This document shows, in pieces, positions 17,338-25,337 of a stretch of DNA of 64,000 nt (the stretch's first letter is position 1; each line of letters starts with the position of its first letter). The notes under the pieces were generated by a model. That model had not been told where the DNA came from. It searched no databases and saw nothing but the letters and a program-made list of their open reading frames with translations. The stretch spans positions 5,088 to 69,087 of the forward strand of contig CAKKQC010000041.1 in assembly GCA_919901855.1 (NCBI GenBank), given 5' to 3'. Position numbers and translations under genes: made by a program. Origin of the DNA: a bacterium. GTDB lineage: Bacteria; Oederibacteriota; CAKKQC01.

Positions 17338-20300
17338 TCCGCCGGTCTGTCGTGGCCGCGCTCATCTTCGCCGCGTCGACGGCGCGGGCCGGCATTACCG
17401 TGTCGAACTCGTCGTTCGAGGAGGGGCTCAAGACCCCGGCCGGGTGGACGCTCGAGGGGCGGGGCGGGGCCTGGCTCAGGGGCGACGCCGCGACGGGGCG
17501 CCGGGCCGTCGCGGTGTCGGGCACCGGGGTGACCGAGAGCGCCTGGCTGTCGGCGCCCGTGTCCATCGAGCCGTCGAAGCTCTACGAGGTCCGGTTCCGG
17601 GCCCGTAGAGTGGCCGGCGGCGGCGGCGGCACGCCGGTCACCGGTCCGGCGTTCTGCAACCGCGACGTCGCCATCGCCTCGACCGTATGGACCGGCTACG
17701 AGTCGGTTTTCGCGACCCCGCCGGCCATGACCCCCGCGGACCGGCGCCTGCACTTCGGCCAGTGGCGCATGAACGGCGCGGTCGCATACGACGACATCCG
17801 CGTGGTCCCCGCCGAGCCCGTCTACGTCCGCTCAGGCGCGTTCGTCCTCGGGGAGGGCGAGAGCCTCTCGGGCACCCGGTACGCGTTCACGGCGCCTTTC
17901 GACACCCCGGGCCGGAACTCGAGCCGTCCCCTCGCGGGCTGGCGCGCGCGGTTCAACACGAACCGCTGGGTGCTGGGGGCGGGCGACGAAGTCGTATACC
18001 GGCACGCGGTGGGCGACCGCCTCCAGACCGGCGCCGTCGCGGACGTCGCGGTCACGTACTACGAGGGCGGCGAGCTCGCCGTCGAAGCCTCCCGCGACGG
18101 CGCGACCTGGCAGGAGCTTGGGGTCATCGCCGGGAAGTCCCGCCACGCCTTCCCGGTGCCCGCTTCGCTCCTGCCCGCGGCCGAGATCTGGATCCGGCTC
18201 CGGGTCCGCACCGGGGCCGAGCGCGGCCCGGGCGCCGATCCCGGCTCCCTCCAGGTCGGCGCCTACGGCTACCGCTCCGTCCTCGCCGGCCCCCCCGTGA
18301 CCCTCACGGGCCGCACGGCGTTCGTGGCGGTCACGGGCACCGACCCCCGGCTCAGCGTCTCGTTCGACTCGCTCGGCGACCAAGTCCCGAACGGGAACGA
18401 CGTCATCAAGTGCACGGTCACGAACCTGACGGCGAAGCCCCTCGCGGTCCGGGCAGAGGCGCGCACCGTGCGGGACGGCCGCGCCCAGCCGGAGGCCACC
18501 TTCGGCAACACCCTCCAGCCCGGCCCCAACGTGCGGACGTACCCGTACCCGGTCCCGGGCCCGGGCGACTACACGATCACGCTCAAGTACGGCCCCGGGT
18601 ACACGTACGAGGCCGAGACCAGGTTCCGGGTCCCCGACCTCTACGAGGAGAGATTCGGCGAGCTCCTGCCCGACTCGATGCCCGGCGTCGGGCTCTGGTG
18701 GGCGTCGGCGGGCTGGAAGGTGAACGAGACCCGCGGCCTGCCCGGTGGGCAGGGCGGTGCGGTGCGGATTTCGGCGGCGCGCAACGAAACCGAAGCCGCC
18801 CAGATCGTGATCCGCCCCGAGCTGGCCGTGACGAACCTGCGGGTCGAGGCGGGTCCCCTGCGCCGCGCCCCCGGCGCCGACGGCCCCGGCATGATCCCGG
18901 CCGCCAACGTCGAGATCCTGCGCGTGGCCTACGTCCCTGTCGAGGAACCGACCGACGCCCGCGGGTTCCGCGGCCGCTGGCCCGACCCCCTCCCGCCGTT
19001 CACGGCCCCCGTGAACCTGGAAGCGGGCCGGAACTATCCGGTCTGGGTCCGCGTCCGCGTGCCGAAGGACGTGGTCCCCGGGGTCTTCACGGGCACGATC
19101 CGGTTCTCGTCGGACGCCTGGCACGCCTCGGCCACCCTCCTCGTCGAGGTCTACGACTTCGCCCTGCCCGACCGGATGACGCTGACGACGGCGTTCGGGT
19201 TCGACGCCCGGACCGTGTTCCGGTACCAGAAGCTCGAGCGCGAGGCCGACCGCAGGTCCGTACTCGACCGCTACTACGCCGACTTCGCCGCGCACCACGT
19301 CAGCCCGTATGCCTACGGCACCGCCCCGCTCGACCCCATCCGAACCGAGTGGCCGGGCGCGGGCGCCTGGACCGGCGGACGACGCGACCAGGAGGTAAAG
19401 TTCGCCGGGCGCAGTTCCCTCCTCGTCGAGGACGACAGCCCGACCAGCCAGCCCTCGGCCACCTACCGGACCTCGCTTCCGATTCCGAAGAAGGGCCTGC
19501 GGCTCGCCTTCCAATACCGGACGAAGACGCCCGGCCAGGCCTTCCTCGTATCGCTCTCGCACGACGACGCGTCGGGCGAGTGGATGCCGGGCCGGAACCT
19601 GGACATCTCCCTGACGGGGACCGGCGAGTGGCAGTCCTTCGACCGCACGATCACGGCATTCCCCGCGGGCGCGAAGTCGGTCCGGCTCGCGCTCTACGCG
19701 TCGCTGTGGCAGGACGACGGGTCGCCGCAGGGGGCCGTCTGGTACGACCAGCTCTCGTTCCGGGACGCGGGAAACGGGAAGGAACTGGCGCCCGGCGGCG
19801 ACTTCGAGCCGCTCGAGCCCGCCGCCCTCGCGCCCGTGATCGACTGGAGCGCCTGGGACCGCGAGATGGGACGCCAGTTCGCCGCGTACCACTGGAACTC
19901 GTTCTCGTTCGACGTGCCGGGACTGGGCGGCGGATCGTTCCAGAGCCGGACCGAACCCAGCCTGCTCGGGTACAGCGAGGGAACTACCGAGTACCAGACC
20001 GCGATGCGGAACTGGTGCGCGGCGGCAGAGGCCCACCTCCGGGAGAAAGGGTGGCTTAAGGATGCGTTCGTCTACTGGTTCGACGAGCCCGAGCCGAGGG
20101 ATTACGCCTTCGTCAGCAACGGGTTCCGCAAGCTCAGGGAGTACATGCCCGGCATCCGCCGGATGCTGACCGAGCAGCCCGAGCCCGCGCTCCTCGGCGG
20201 CCCGAACGTCTGGTGCCCGGTCCTCGACGCCTACGACCGCCCGGCCATGCACGCGCGGCAGACCCTGGGCGAGACGCTGTGGTGGTACATCTGCACCGGC

Positions 20301-20852
20301 CCCAAGGAGCCCTACGTCGGCGAGTTCATCGACCGCGGGTCCCCGGACCTCCGGATCTGGTGCTGGCAGACCTGGCAGGAGAACGTGTCGGGAATCCTGA
20401 TCTGGGCCACGGACTACTGGACCTCGCCGCTCGCGTACCCGGACGGTAACGCGCCCCAGAACCCGTACGTGGACGCCATGAGCTGGACCAACGGGGCCGG
20501 CTCCCCCGGCACCCGCGACCCGTGGGGCAACGGCGACGGCCGGTTCCTGTACCCGCCCGAGGCGGCGGCGGACGGGCATCCCGCAGGACCGGTCCTCGCC
20601 GGGCCCGTGGACTCGATCCGGTGGGAGCACCTGCGCGACGGCATCGAGGACTACGAATACCTGGCGATCCTCAAGCGGCTCATCGATGCCAAGGGATTCC
20701 AGCCGGGCCTGCGCAAGGGGTACGACGCGTACCTCGAGGTGCCCGCCGCCCTCTCGCGGAACCTGACCTCGTACGCGCACGACCCCACCCCGCTCGAGCG
20801 CCGCCGCGACGAGGTCGCGCGGATGATCGAACAGCTCGGCAAGCTGCCCTGA
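17334..20852 (+). CDS. secreted DUF4091-type glycoside-hydrolase-like protein with CBM-like inserts
   Basis: The GTG at 17334 overlaps the upstream stop (GTGA). Signal peptide IRRSVVAALIFAASTARA. The C-terminal GDGRFLYP...SIRWEHLRDGIEDYEYL is the DUF4091 signature. Track ORF 16230..20852 is over-extended. Confidence 0.8.
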   Translation: MIRRSVVAALIFAASTARAGITVSNSSFEEGLKTPAGWTLEGRGGAWLRGDAATGRRAVAVSGTGVTESAWLSAPVSIEPSKLYEVRFRARRVAGGGGGTPVTGPAFCNRDVAIASTVWTGYESVFATPPAMTPADRRLHFGQWRMNGAVAYDDIRVVPAEPVYVRSGAFVLGEGESLSGTRYAFTAPFDTPGRNSSRPLAGWRARFNTNRWVLGAGDEVVYRHAVGDRLQTGAVADVAVTYYEGGELAVEASRDGATWQELGVIAGKSRHAFPVPASLLPAAEIWIRLRVRTGAERGPGADPGSLQVGAYGYRSVLAGPPVTLTGRTAFVAVTGTDPRLSVSFDSLGDQVPNGNDVIKCTVTNLTAKPLAVRAEARTVRDGRAQPEATFGNTLQPGPNVRTYPYPVPGPGDYTITLKYGPGYTYEAETRFRVPDLYEERFGELLPDSMPGVGLWWASAGWKVNETRGLPGGQGGAVRISAARNETEAAQIVIRPELAVTNLRVEAGPLRRAPGADGPGMIPAANVEILRVAYVPVEEPTDARGFRGRWPDPLPPFTAPVNLEAGRNYPVWVRVRVPKDVVPGVFTGTIRFSSDAWHASATLLVEVYDFALPDRMTLTTAFGFDARTVFRYQKLEREADRRSVLDRYYADFAAHHVSPYAYGTAPLDPIRTEWPGAGAWTGGRRDQEVKFAGRSSLLVEDDSPTSQPSATYRTSLPIPKKGLRLAFQYRTKTPGQAFLVSLSHDDASGEWMPGRNLDISLTGTGEWQSFDRTITAFPAGAKSVRLALYASLWQDDGSPQGAVWYDQLSFRDAGNGKELAPGGDFEPLEPAALAPVIDWSAWDREMGRQFAAYHWNSFSFDVPGLGGGSFQSRTEPSLLGYSEGTTEYQTAMRNWCAAAEAHLREKGWLKDAFVYWFDEPEPRDYAFVSNGFRKLREYMPGIRRMLTEQPEPALLGGPNVWCPVLDAYDRPAMHARQTLGETLWWYICTGPKEPYVGEFIDRGSPDLRIWCWQTWQENVSGILIWATDYWTSPLAYPDGNAPQNPYVDAMSWTNGAGSPGTRDPWGNGDGRFLYPPEAAADGHPAGPVLAGPVDSIRWEHLRDGIEDYEYLAILKRLIDAKGFQPGLRKGYDAYLEVPAALSRNLTSYAHDPTPLERRRDEVARMIEQLGKLP

Positions 20853-20856
20853 CCCG

Positions 20857-21393
20857 ATGGCCCCGGAAGATAGGATCCACCCGGTCTCGCGGCGGGACGG
20901 GATCGATTACTGGCGCGAGACTACATGTCCCGAGTGCGACGCGCCGGTCTTCGTGCTCGTGGACGAGCCCGGCGCCGCACCCGTCGACGACCTCGACACC
21001 TTCAAGCGGCATGTCTGCATGCCCCTGTTCCCCGTGGACCTCGGGAAGATCCCGCCCGGGACCGCGGAGGCGTTCCGATCCGCCGTCGAAGCCGCGTTCG
21101 GCAAGAAGCTCGTCCGGTTCCCCGGGGTCTTCCGGCGCAAGGGGCTGCCGGTGTTCTTCACGCCCGAGTGGCAGCCCGCGCTCGGCCACGTGCCCCTGTT
21201 CTCGAAGTCCGACGTCCACCGGCCGTTGGACGCGGCCTCACCCGTCTTCGTGCTGGTCCTGCCCCATCTCCAGAAGCACTTCACGAAGGGCGCGACCTCG
21301 TCGTTGCGCAAGTACTTCTTCTCCGCGAAGGGGATCACGAAGCACGAGCGCCACGGCCGCCGCCACGTGATCCTCTGGAAATGGCCGAGGTAG
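20857..21393 (+). CDS. hypothetical protein (CPEC...HVC motif)
   Basis: It starts 4 nt after the previous stop. Third-position G+C is high like the neighbouring genes. No family recognised. The last ~22 codons are duplicated at 22094-22159. Confidence 0.6.
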   Translation: MAPEDRIHPVSRRDGIDYWRETTCPECDAPVFVLVDEPGAAPVDDLDTFKRHVCMPLFPVDLGKIPPGTAEAFRSAVEAAFGKKLVRFPGVFRRKGLPVFFTPEWQPALGHVPLFSKSDVHRPLDAASPVFVLVLPHLQKHFTKGATSSLRKYFFSAKGITKHERHGRRHVILWKWPR

Positions 21394-21411
21394 GAAGAAC
21401 GCCCGCCGACC

Positions 21412-21759
21412 CTACCCCGTGAGTTCCGGTGTGTCGTGAACCCGGATGCGGCCGGGCTCGACGATCCAGAGATTGCCGCCTGGCGAGTCGTTCCGTAACG
21501 CCCTGATGACCTGTTCGACCAGCAGGCGATACGCCTCAATCGACGGCTTGGGATGCCGGAGAACTATCAGGCCGGCATGCCGACCGGCCGGATGCTCGAG
21601 GATATGGCCGAATCCGCGGTCTCCGGTCAGGATGACTCTCCCCTCCCGCATGCAGGCTTCCACGATCTTCTCATCGGGAGACCCCTTCAAGCCTTCTTCG
21701 GCCACCGTGGTCACTTCGTGGCCCGCCTCAACCAAGAGGGAGATATACTCCGGGCTCAA
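21412..21759 (-). CDS. DUF5615-family PIN-like toxin candidate (true start possibly CTG at 21789)
   Basis: The family pattern is present: EAGHEVTTV, ILTGDRGFGHI. The track start is TTG 21759. The conserved LKLDEN motif is encoded in frame just upstream, with only a CTG available as a start (see finding). Confidence 0.75.
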   Translation of the reverse strand: MSPEYISLLVEAGHEVTTVAEEGLKGSPDEKIVEACMREGRVILTGDRGFGHILEHPAGRHAGLIVLRHPKPSIEAYRLLVEQVIRALRNDSPGGNLWIVEPGRIRVHDTPELTG

Positions 21760-21785
21760 GTTCTCGTCGAGCTTGAGGCGGAGGG

Positions 21786-22019
21786 TCAGGGAGCCGCCTC
21801 GACGGGGAGATCGTGCTCGCGCGCCAGTTCGGCCGCGTAGGCCAGGCAGGCCTGCACATCCTCACGCACGATCGACGGATAGGCGGCCAGCACGCGATCT
21901 ACGGAATCGCCGTTGGCGACAAACTGAATGATCATCCACGCAGGAATCCTCGTTCCCCTGATGCACGCCTGCCCATGACAGATGGCCGGGTCGACCGAAA
22001 TACGATCCAACGGCTTCAT
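21786..22019 (-). CDS. DUF433-family antitoxin candidate
   Basis: ISVDPAICHGQACIRGTRIPAWMI...AYPSIVREDVQACLAYA is the DUF433 pattern. ATG 22019 is preceded by GGAAGG. The longer GTG 22052 start would include the -10 box. Confidence 0.85.
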   Translation of the reverse strand: MKPLDRISVDPAICHGQACIRGTRIPAWMIIQFVANGDSVDRVLAAYPSIVREDVQACLAYAAELAREHDLPVEAAP

Positions 22020-22042
22020 GTTCTCATCGCCTTCCTGGTGCA

Positions 22043-22066
22043 ATTCTACCACGCGCCAATTGGCGC
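22043..22066 (-). promoter_or_regulatory. TAGAAT -10 box plus perfect 14-bp palindrome GCGCCAATTGGCGC upstream of the DUF433 gene
   Basis: On the minus strand TAGAAT is at 22048-22043. The palindrome at 22053-22066 occupies the -35 region, consistent with a TA autoregulation operator. Confidence 0.4.
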
Positions 22067-22093
22067 ACCTCGATGCGGAGCCACTTTCCCTCA

Positions 22094-22159
22094 GCGAAGG
22101 GGATCACGAAGCACGGGCACCACGATCGCCGTCACGTCATCCCCCGGAAGCGGCCGCGG
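22094..22159 (+). repeat. diverged direct copy of 21325-21390 (3' end of hypothetical gene 20857..21393)
   Basis: Gap-free 66-nt alignment with 55/66 identical by hand count, including a 22-nt perfect block GCGAAGGGGATCACGAAGCACG. It reads SAKGITKHGHHDRRHVIPRKRPR versus SAKGITKHERHGRRHVILWKWPR. Confidence 0.7.
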
Positions 22160-22177
22160 CAGGGTCCCTCGGCGGCG

Positions 22178-23029
22178 CTACCGAATCGCCTCCTGCAGAA
22201 CGTTCCACATGGGCTTGGATCTGGGGAGCATGTCCTCGGTGAAGAACCACCAGAAGTAGCCGCCCACATAGCGGGGGGCGTCGACCTTGAGCCCGTAGTA
22301 CGTGCGCAGGTGCGCGGGCTTGAGCTTCGCCTTCTCGTGGCCGACCTCGCCGAAGCCGACCTTGGCGCCCGGAAACTCGGCCCCCAGCCGCCGGAAGACG
22401 GGACTCCAGTCTGAAAGAGACGGGCAGTAGACGCTGAGCAGGACGTAGTCCACGTTGCGCCGGAGTTCCGGGGTCAGGTACTTCGCCACCCACTCCCAGA
22501 CCGCGCCGCGCGTCTCGTCCCCGCAGTCCCAGTACAGGGTCAACGCCGTCCGGCCGCCCCGGGCCTTAATGAACGAGTTCGCCCATACTACTTTGGCGGC
22601 CGTGTCCTCGTGCTTCCCCAGCCAGTCGCCGTTCACCTCGTTCCCGACCTCCCAGATGTTCACGAGGTCGCGCAGGCCGTGGTAGTAGTCGCGCGTGGCC
22701 GCCTGAAAGCTCGCGAGGTCGACCTTCTTCATGTAGTACGAGTCGCACAGCTCGCCCATGATCCACGCGTGCCTGGCGATCCGGACCATCGCCGGCCGGT
22801 ATTCCGCGGCGGTCGTCCCGGGATCGAAGACGATGCGCGCCGTCAGCCGGGACCGGAAGCCCTGGAGCGCGGCCTCGATCTCGTCGATCCGCCCGACGCT
22901 GTCGATCGTGATCCCCCAGACCGGGGCCGGCACGTCCGGGGGGCCGGACCGCCGGACCACGGCCAGCACGGCCAGCGCGAGCACGAGCACTCCCGCGAAT
23001 ACGGCGATCGCCAGTCGCGGTCCCGTCAC
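22178..23029 (-). CDS. membrane-anchored clan GH-A-like glycoside hydrolase (TIM barrel)
   Basis: The GTG at 23029 overlaps the upstream stop (GTGA). N-terminal TM helix LAIAVFAGVLVLALAVLAVV. WEVGNEVNG (acid/base-like NE) and GFGEVG (nucleophile-like E) are present. Confidence 0.7.
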   Translation of the reverse strand: MTGPRLAIAVFAGVLVLALAVLAVVRRSGPPDVPAPVWGITIDSVGRIDEIEAALQGFRSRLTARIVFDPGTTAAEYRPAMVRIARHAWIMGELCDSYYMKKVDLASFQAATRDYYHGLRDLVNIWEVGNEVNGDWLGKHEDTAAKVVWANSFIKARGGRTALTLYWDCGDETRGAVWEWVAKYLTPELRRNVDYVLLSVYCPSLSDWSPVFRRLGAEFPGAKVGFGEVGHEKAKLKPAHLRTYYGLKVDAPRYVGGYFWWFFTEDMLPRSKPMWNVLQEAIR

Positions 23030-23961
23030 GGCTCTCCCCCGAGCGGCATGAAGAGTCTGAGGCCGCCGCGCAGGACCCGGAGCTCGATCCGGATGACGCC
23101 GGAATACTGCTCGCCATCGACGGCGACCGTACGCGCGACGGGCAGGAGCACCGACATCCGGCGGGCGAGCTGGGGGGTGACGGCCGCGCGGGCGACGGGC
23201 AGGCGAAGGTACACGCGCGCGGCTGTCGCGACCGCGTGCAGGACGCGGCGAGCCGGCCCCGCGGACAGCTCCAGGACCTCCATCCGGCCGTCGCATGGGT
23301 CCGCGTCCGGGAACAGGGGAACGGTCATCACGTGCCGCGTGTTGCCGGCGAGCAGGCCCGTGAGCGTCTTCCGGGCCCAGCGGCCGCCGTCGACGCTCAC
23401 CGACACCTCGAACCGAGGCGGGCGCAGGCCCAGGACGGCGGCGGCTGCGGGGTACGCGGCGGCACCGAGGTCGGATGCCCACTTCGCCGCGAGCTCCGCA
23501 ATGCGGGCAGGCCATCCGACGGCTACGGAGGCCACGGCCCGGCACCGGCGCACGGTCCCGTCCCGGCGGCGCAGGATCACGGCGATGAGGTCCACTTTGC
23601 CCGTCCGCGCCGTCTCGATCCCGCCGCAGGCGTCGGCCAGGGTCGGCATTCCGAGGTCGCGTCCGAGCGAGATCGCGGTCCCCGTCGGAACGATCGAGAC
23701 CGACTGCGAGGTGATGTCCATTCCCGACACGACCTCGTGGAGGGTGCCGTCGCCGCCGAAGACAATGTAGCCCACCTCGTGGCGGAAGGTCCGGGCCCAC
23801 TCCTCGCCGTGGCCGCGGCGCAGGGTCAGGTAGGCGGAGCCGAACGGCTCGCTGTGCAGGGACTGGCGGATCTCCATGAACCGGGCCTTCGGGAGGCCGG
23901 GTCCGGCGGCGGCATTCACTATCGCGACGATGCGCCGGGGACGGGCCAAGCCGTCCATCAC
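23026..23961 (-). CDS. diacylglycerol/lipid kinase family protein (YegS/BmrU-like)
   Basis: IVAIVNAAAG and YIVFGGDGTLHEV (GGDGT motif) are present. GAAGGTG lies upstream of the start. Confidence 0.85.
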   Translation of the reverse strand: MMDGLARPRRIVAIVNAAAGPGLPKARFMEIRQSLHSEPFGSAYLTLRRGHGEEWARTFRHEVGYIVFGGDGTLHEVVSGMDITSQSVSIVPTGTAISLGRDLGMPTLADACGGIETARTGKVDLIAVILRRRDGTVRRCRAVASVAVGWPARIAELAAKWASDLGAAAYPAAAAVLGLRPPRFEVSVSVDGGRWARKTLTGLLAGNTRHVMTVPLFPDADPCDGRMEVLELSAGPARRVLHAVATAARVYLRLPVARAAVTPQLARRMSVLLPVARTVAVDGEQYSGVIRIELRVLRGGLRLFMPLGGEP

Positions 23962-24018
23962 TTCACCTTCTGCGGAAGCGCGTCGAAGACCCCATCATTC
24001 CCGCATCACCTTCGACGA

Positions 24019-24036
24019 CGGTGACGTCCGTCACCG
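24019..24036 (-). terminator. 7-bp stem / 4-nt loop hairpin at the end of the helicase gene (no U-tract)
   Basis: The minus strand reads CGGTGAC-GGAC-GTCACCG and overlaps the stop codon 24031-24033. It is a near twin of the hairpin at 39729-39746. Confidence 0.25.
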
Positions 24037-25278
24037 GCGCCGCATGCCACCGCCCCGGCCACGCTGGCCGGGACGCCTCGTCGGAATATAGAAGGGCCGC
24101 GGGTGGTACGAGCCCGCGACCGTCGACTTCTTGTACGTGAAGTCGGGCAGGAGGACGCGCGGGAGGCGGTGGTTCAGGATGCGCTCGACCGCCGTGATCC
24201 AGGGCTCCTCCTCGGGGGCCATGAGCGTGAACGCGTCGCCCTCGGCCTCCGCCCGGCCCGTCCGCCCGATCCGGTGGATGTAGTTCTCGGGCTCCTCGGG
24301 GATGTCGTAGTTGATGACATGCGAGATGTCCTCGATGTCGAGGCCCCGCGCCGCGATGTCCGTCGCGACCAGGACCTGGTGGGCGCCGCGACGGAAGCTC
24401 TCGAGCGCGGCGACACGCTCGGACTGGCTCCGGTCGCCGTGCATGACGGCGGCCCGGATGCCGGCCTTCCCCAGCGATTCCGCGATGCGGTCGGCCCGGT
24501 CCTTGGTCCGGGTGAAGAGCAGGACCGACTTGCCCGCCCCCATGTCGCGCATGAGCCGCAGGAGGAGCTCGAGCTTCTGCTCGTGGATGACGGGATAGAC
24601 GGCGTGCCGGATCCCGGCGGGCACGGAGGTCGTCCCGGCGCCGACCTGGACCCGGACCGGGTTCTTGCAGATCTGCTCGCTCATCCGCAGGGTCTCGGGC
24701 GGCAGGGTCGCGGAGAAGATGAGGTTCTGCCGCTGGATCGGGAGCAGGGACAGGATGCGGCGGACGTCCGGCAGGAAGCCCATGTCCATCATCCGGTCGG
24801 CCTCGTCGAGCACGAAGATCTCGATCTCGAGCAGCTTCAGCCGTCCGGACTGCGCGTGGTCGAGGAGCCGGCCCGGGGTGGCCGAGATCACGTCCACGCC
24901 CGCGGTCAAGGCCCGGATCTGGGGCGGGAACGCGACGCCGCCGTAGATGGCGACCCCCCGGACCTGGGTGTGCTTCGAGAGCATCTCGATGTGGTCAGCG
25001 GACTGCTGGGCCAGCTCCCGGGTCGGGGCCACGATCAGGGCCCGGGGGCCCCGCCGGCGCGTGCTCGCGAGCAGGCGGTTCAGGATGGGGAGCACGAAAG
25101 CCGCCGTCTTGCCGGTCCCCGTCTGCGCGCTTGCGATCACGTCCTTGCCTTCGAGGATCGGGGGAATCGCCTGCTCCTGCACGGGCGTAGGGCGCAGGTA
25201 TCCCATCTCACGGACGCCCTTGAGAACGCGCGGATCGAGGCCGAGTTCGTCGAATGTCACAGGATTCTGTTCTATCAC
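24031..25278 (-). CDS. DEAD-box ATP-dependent RNA helicase
   Basis: Q-motif TPVQEQAIP, Walker A AQTGTGKTA, DEAD as DEADRM, SAT and HRIGRTGRA are present, followed by a basic RGG-like tail. Confidence 0.95.
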   Translation of the reverse strand: MIEQNPVTFDELGLDPRVLKGVREMGYLRPTPVQEQAIPPILEGKDVIASAQTGTGKTAAFVLPILNRLLASTRRRGPRALIVAPTRELAQQSADHIEMLSKHTQVRGVAIYGGVAFPPQIRALTAGVDVISATPGRLLDHAQSGRLKLLEIEIFVLDEADRMMDMGFLPDVRRILSLLPIQRQNLIFSATLPPETLRMSEQICKNPVRVQVGAGTTSVPAGIRHAVYPVIHEQKLELLLRLMRDMGAGKSVLLFTRTKDRADRIAESLGKAGIRAAVMHGDRSQSERVAALESFRRGAHQVLVATDIAARGLDIEDISHVINYDIPEEPENYIHRIGRTGRAEAEGDAFTLMAPEEEPWITAVERILNHRLPRVLLPDFTYKKSTVAGSYHPRPFYIPTRRPGQRGRGGGMRRR

Positions 25279-25324
25279 ACTTTCCCCGGCCGCCGGGTCC
25301 CCGGGGCCCCGGGCCCCCGCGGTG

Positions 25325-25330
25325 TATACT
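25325..25330 (+). promoter_or_regulatory. -10-like TATACT, 7 nt upstream of ATG 25338
   Basis: Member of the recurrent TAnnnT-(6-9 nt)-start pattern. Confidence 0.4.
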
Positions 25331-25337
25331 TGGCGCC

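Larger units (their letters stand above)
21391..22093. other. minimal TA cassette 2 (promoter/operator plus two genes) lying between diverged direct repeats 21325-21390 and 22094-22159
   Basis: The content is limited to the DUF433/DUF5615 genes and their promoter region. G+C is lower than in the flanks (33/60 at 21901-21960). Confidence 0.5.

Noticed and set aside
13950-22066. GCGCC-N4-GGCGC palindromes at 13950-13963 and 22053-22066 as binding sites of one shared regulator.
   Set aside because: For a 10-position G/C-only pattern in ~70% G+C DNA I estimate roughly one to two chance occurrences in 64 kb. The contexts are unrelated.
22073-22414. Track ORF 22073..22414(+) as a gene.
   Set aside because: Only codons corresponding to 22094-22159 resemble the end of gene 20857..21393. 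The rest is antisense to the GH-A-like gene.
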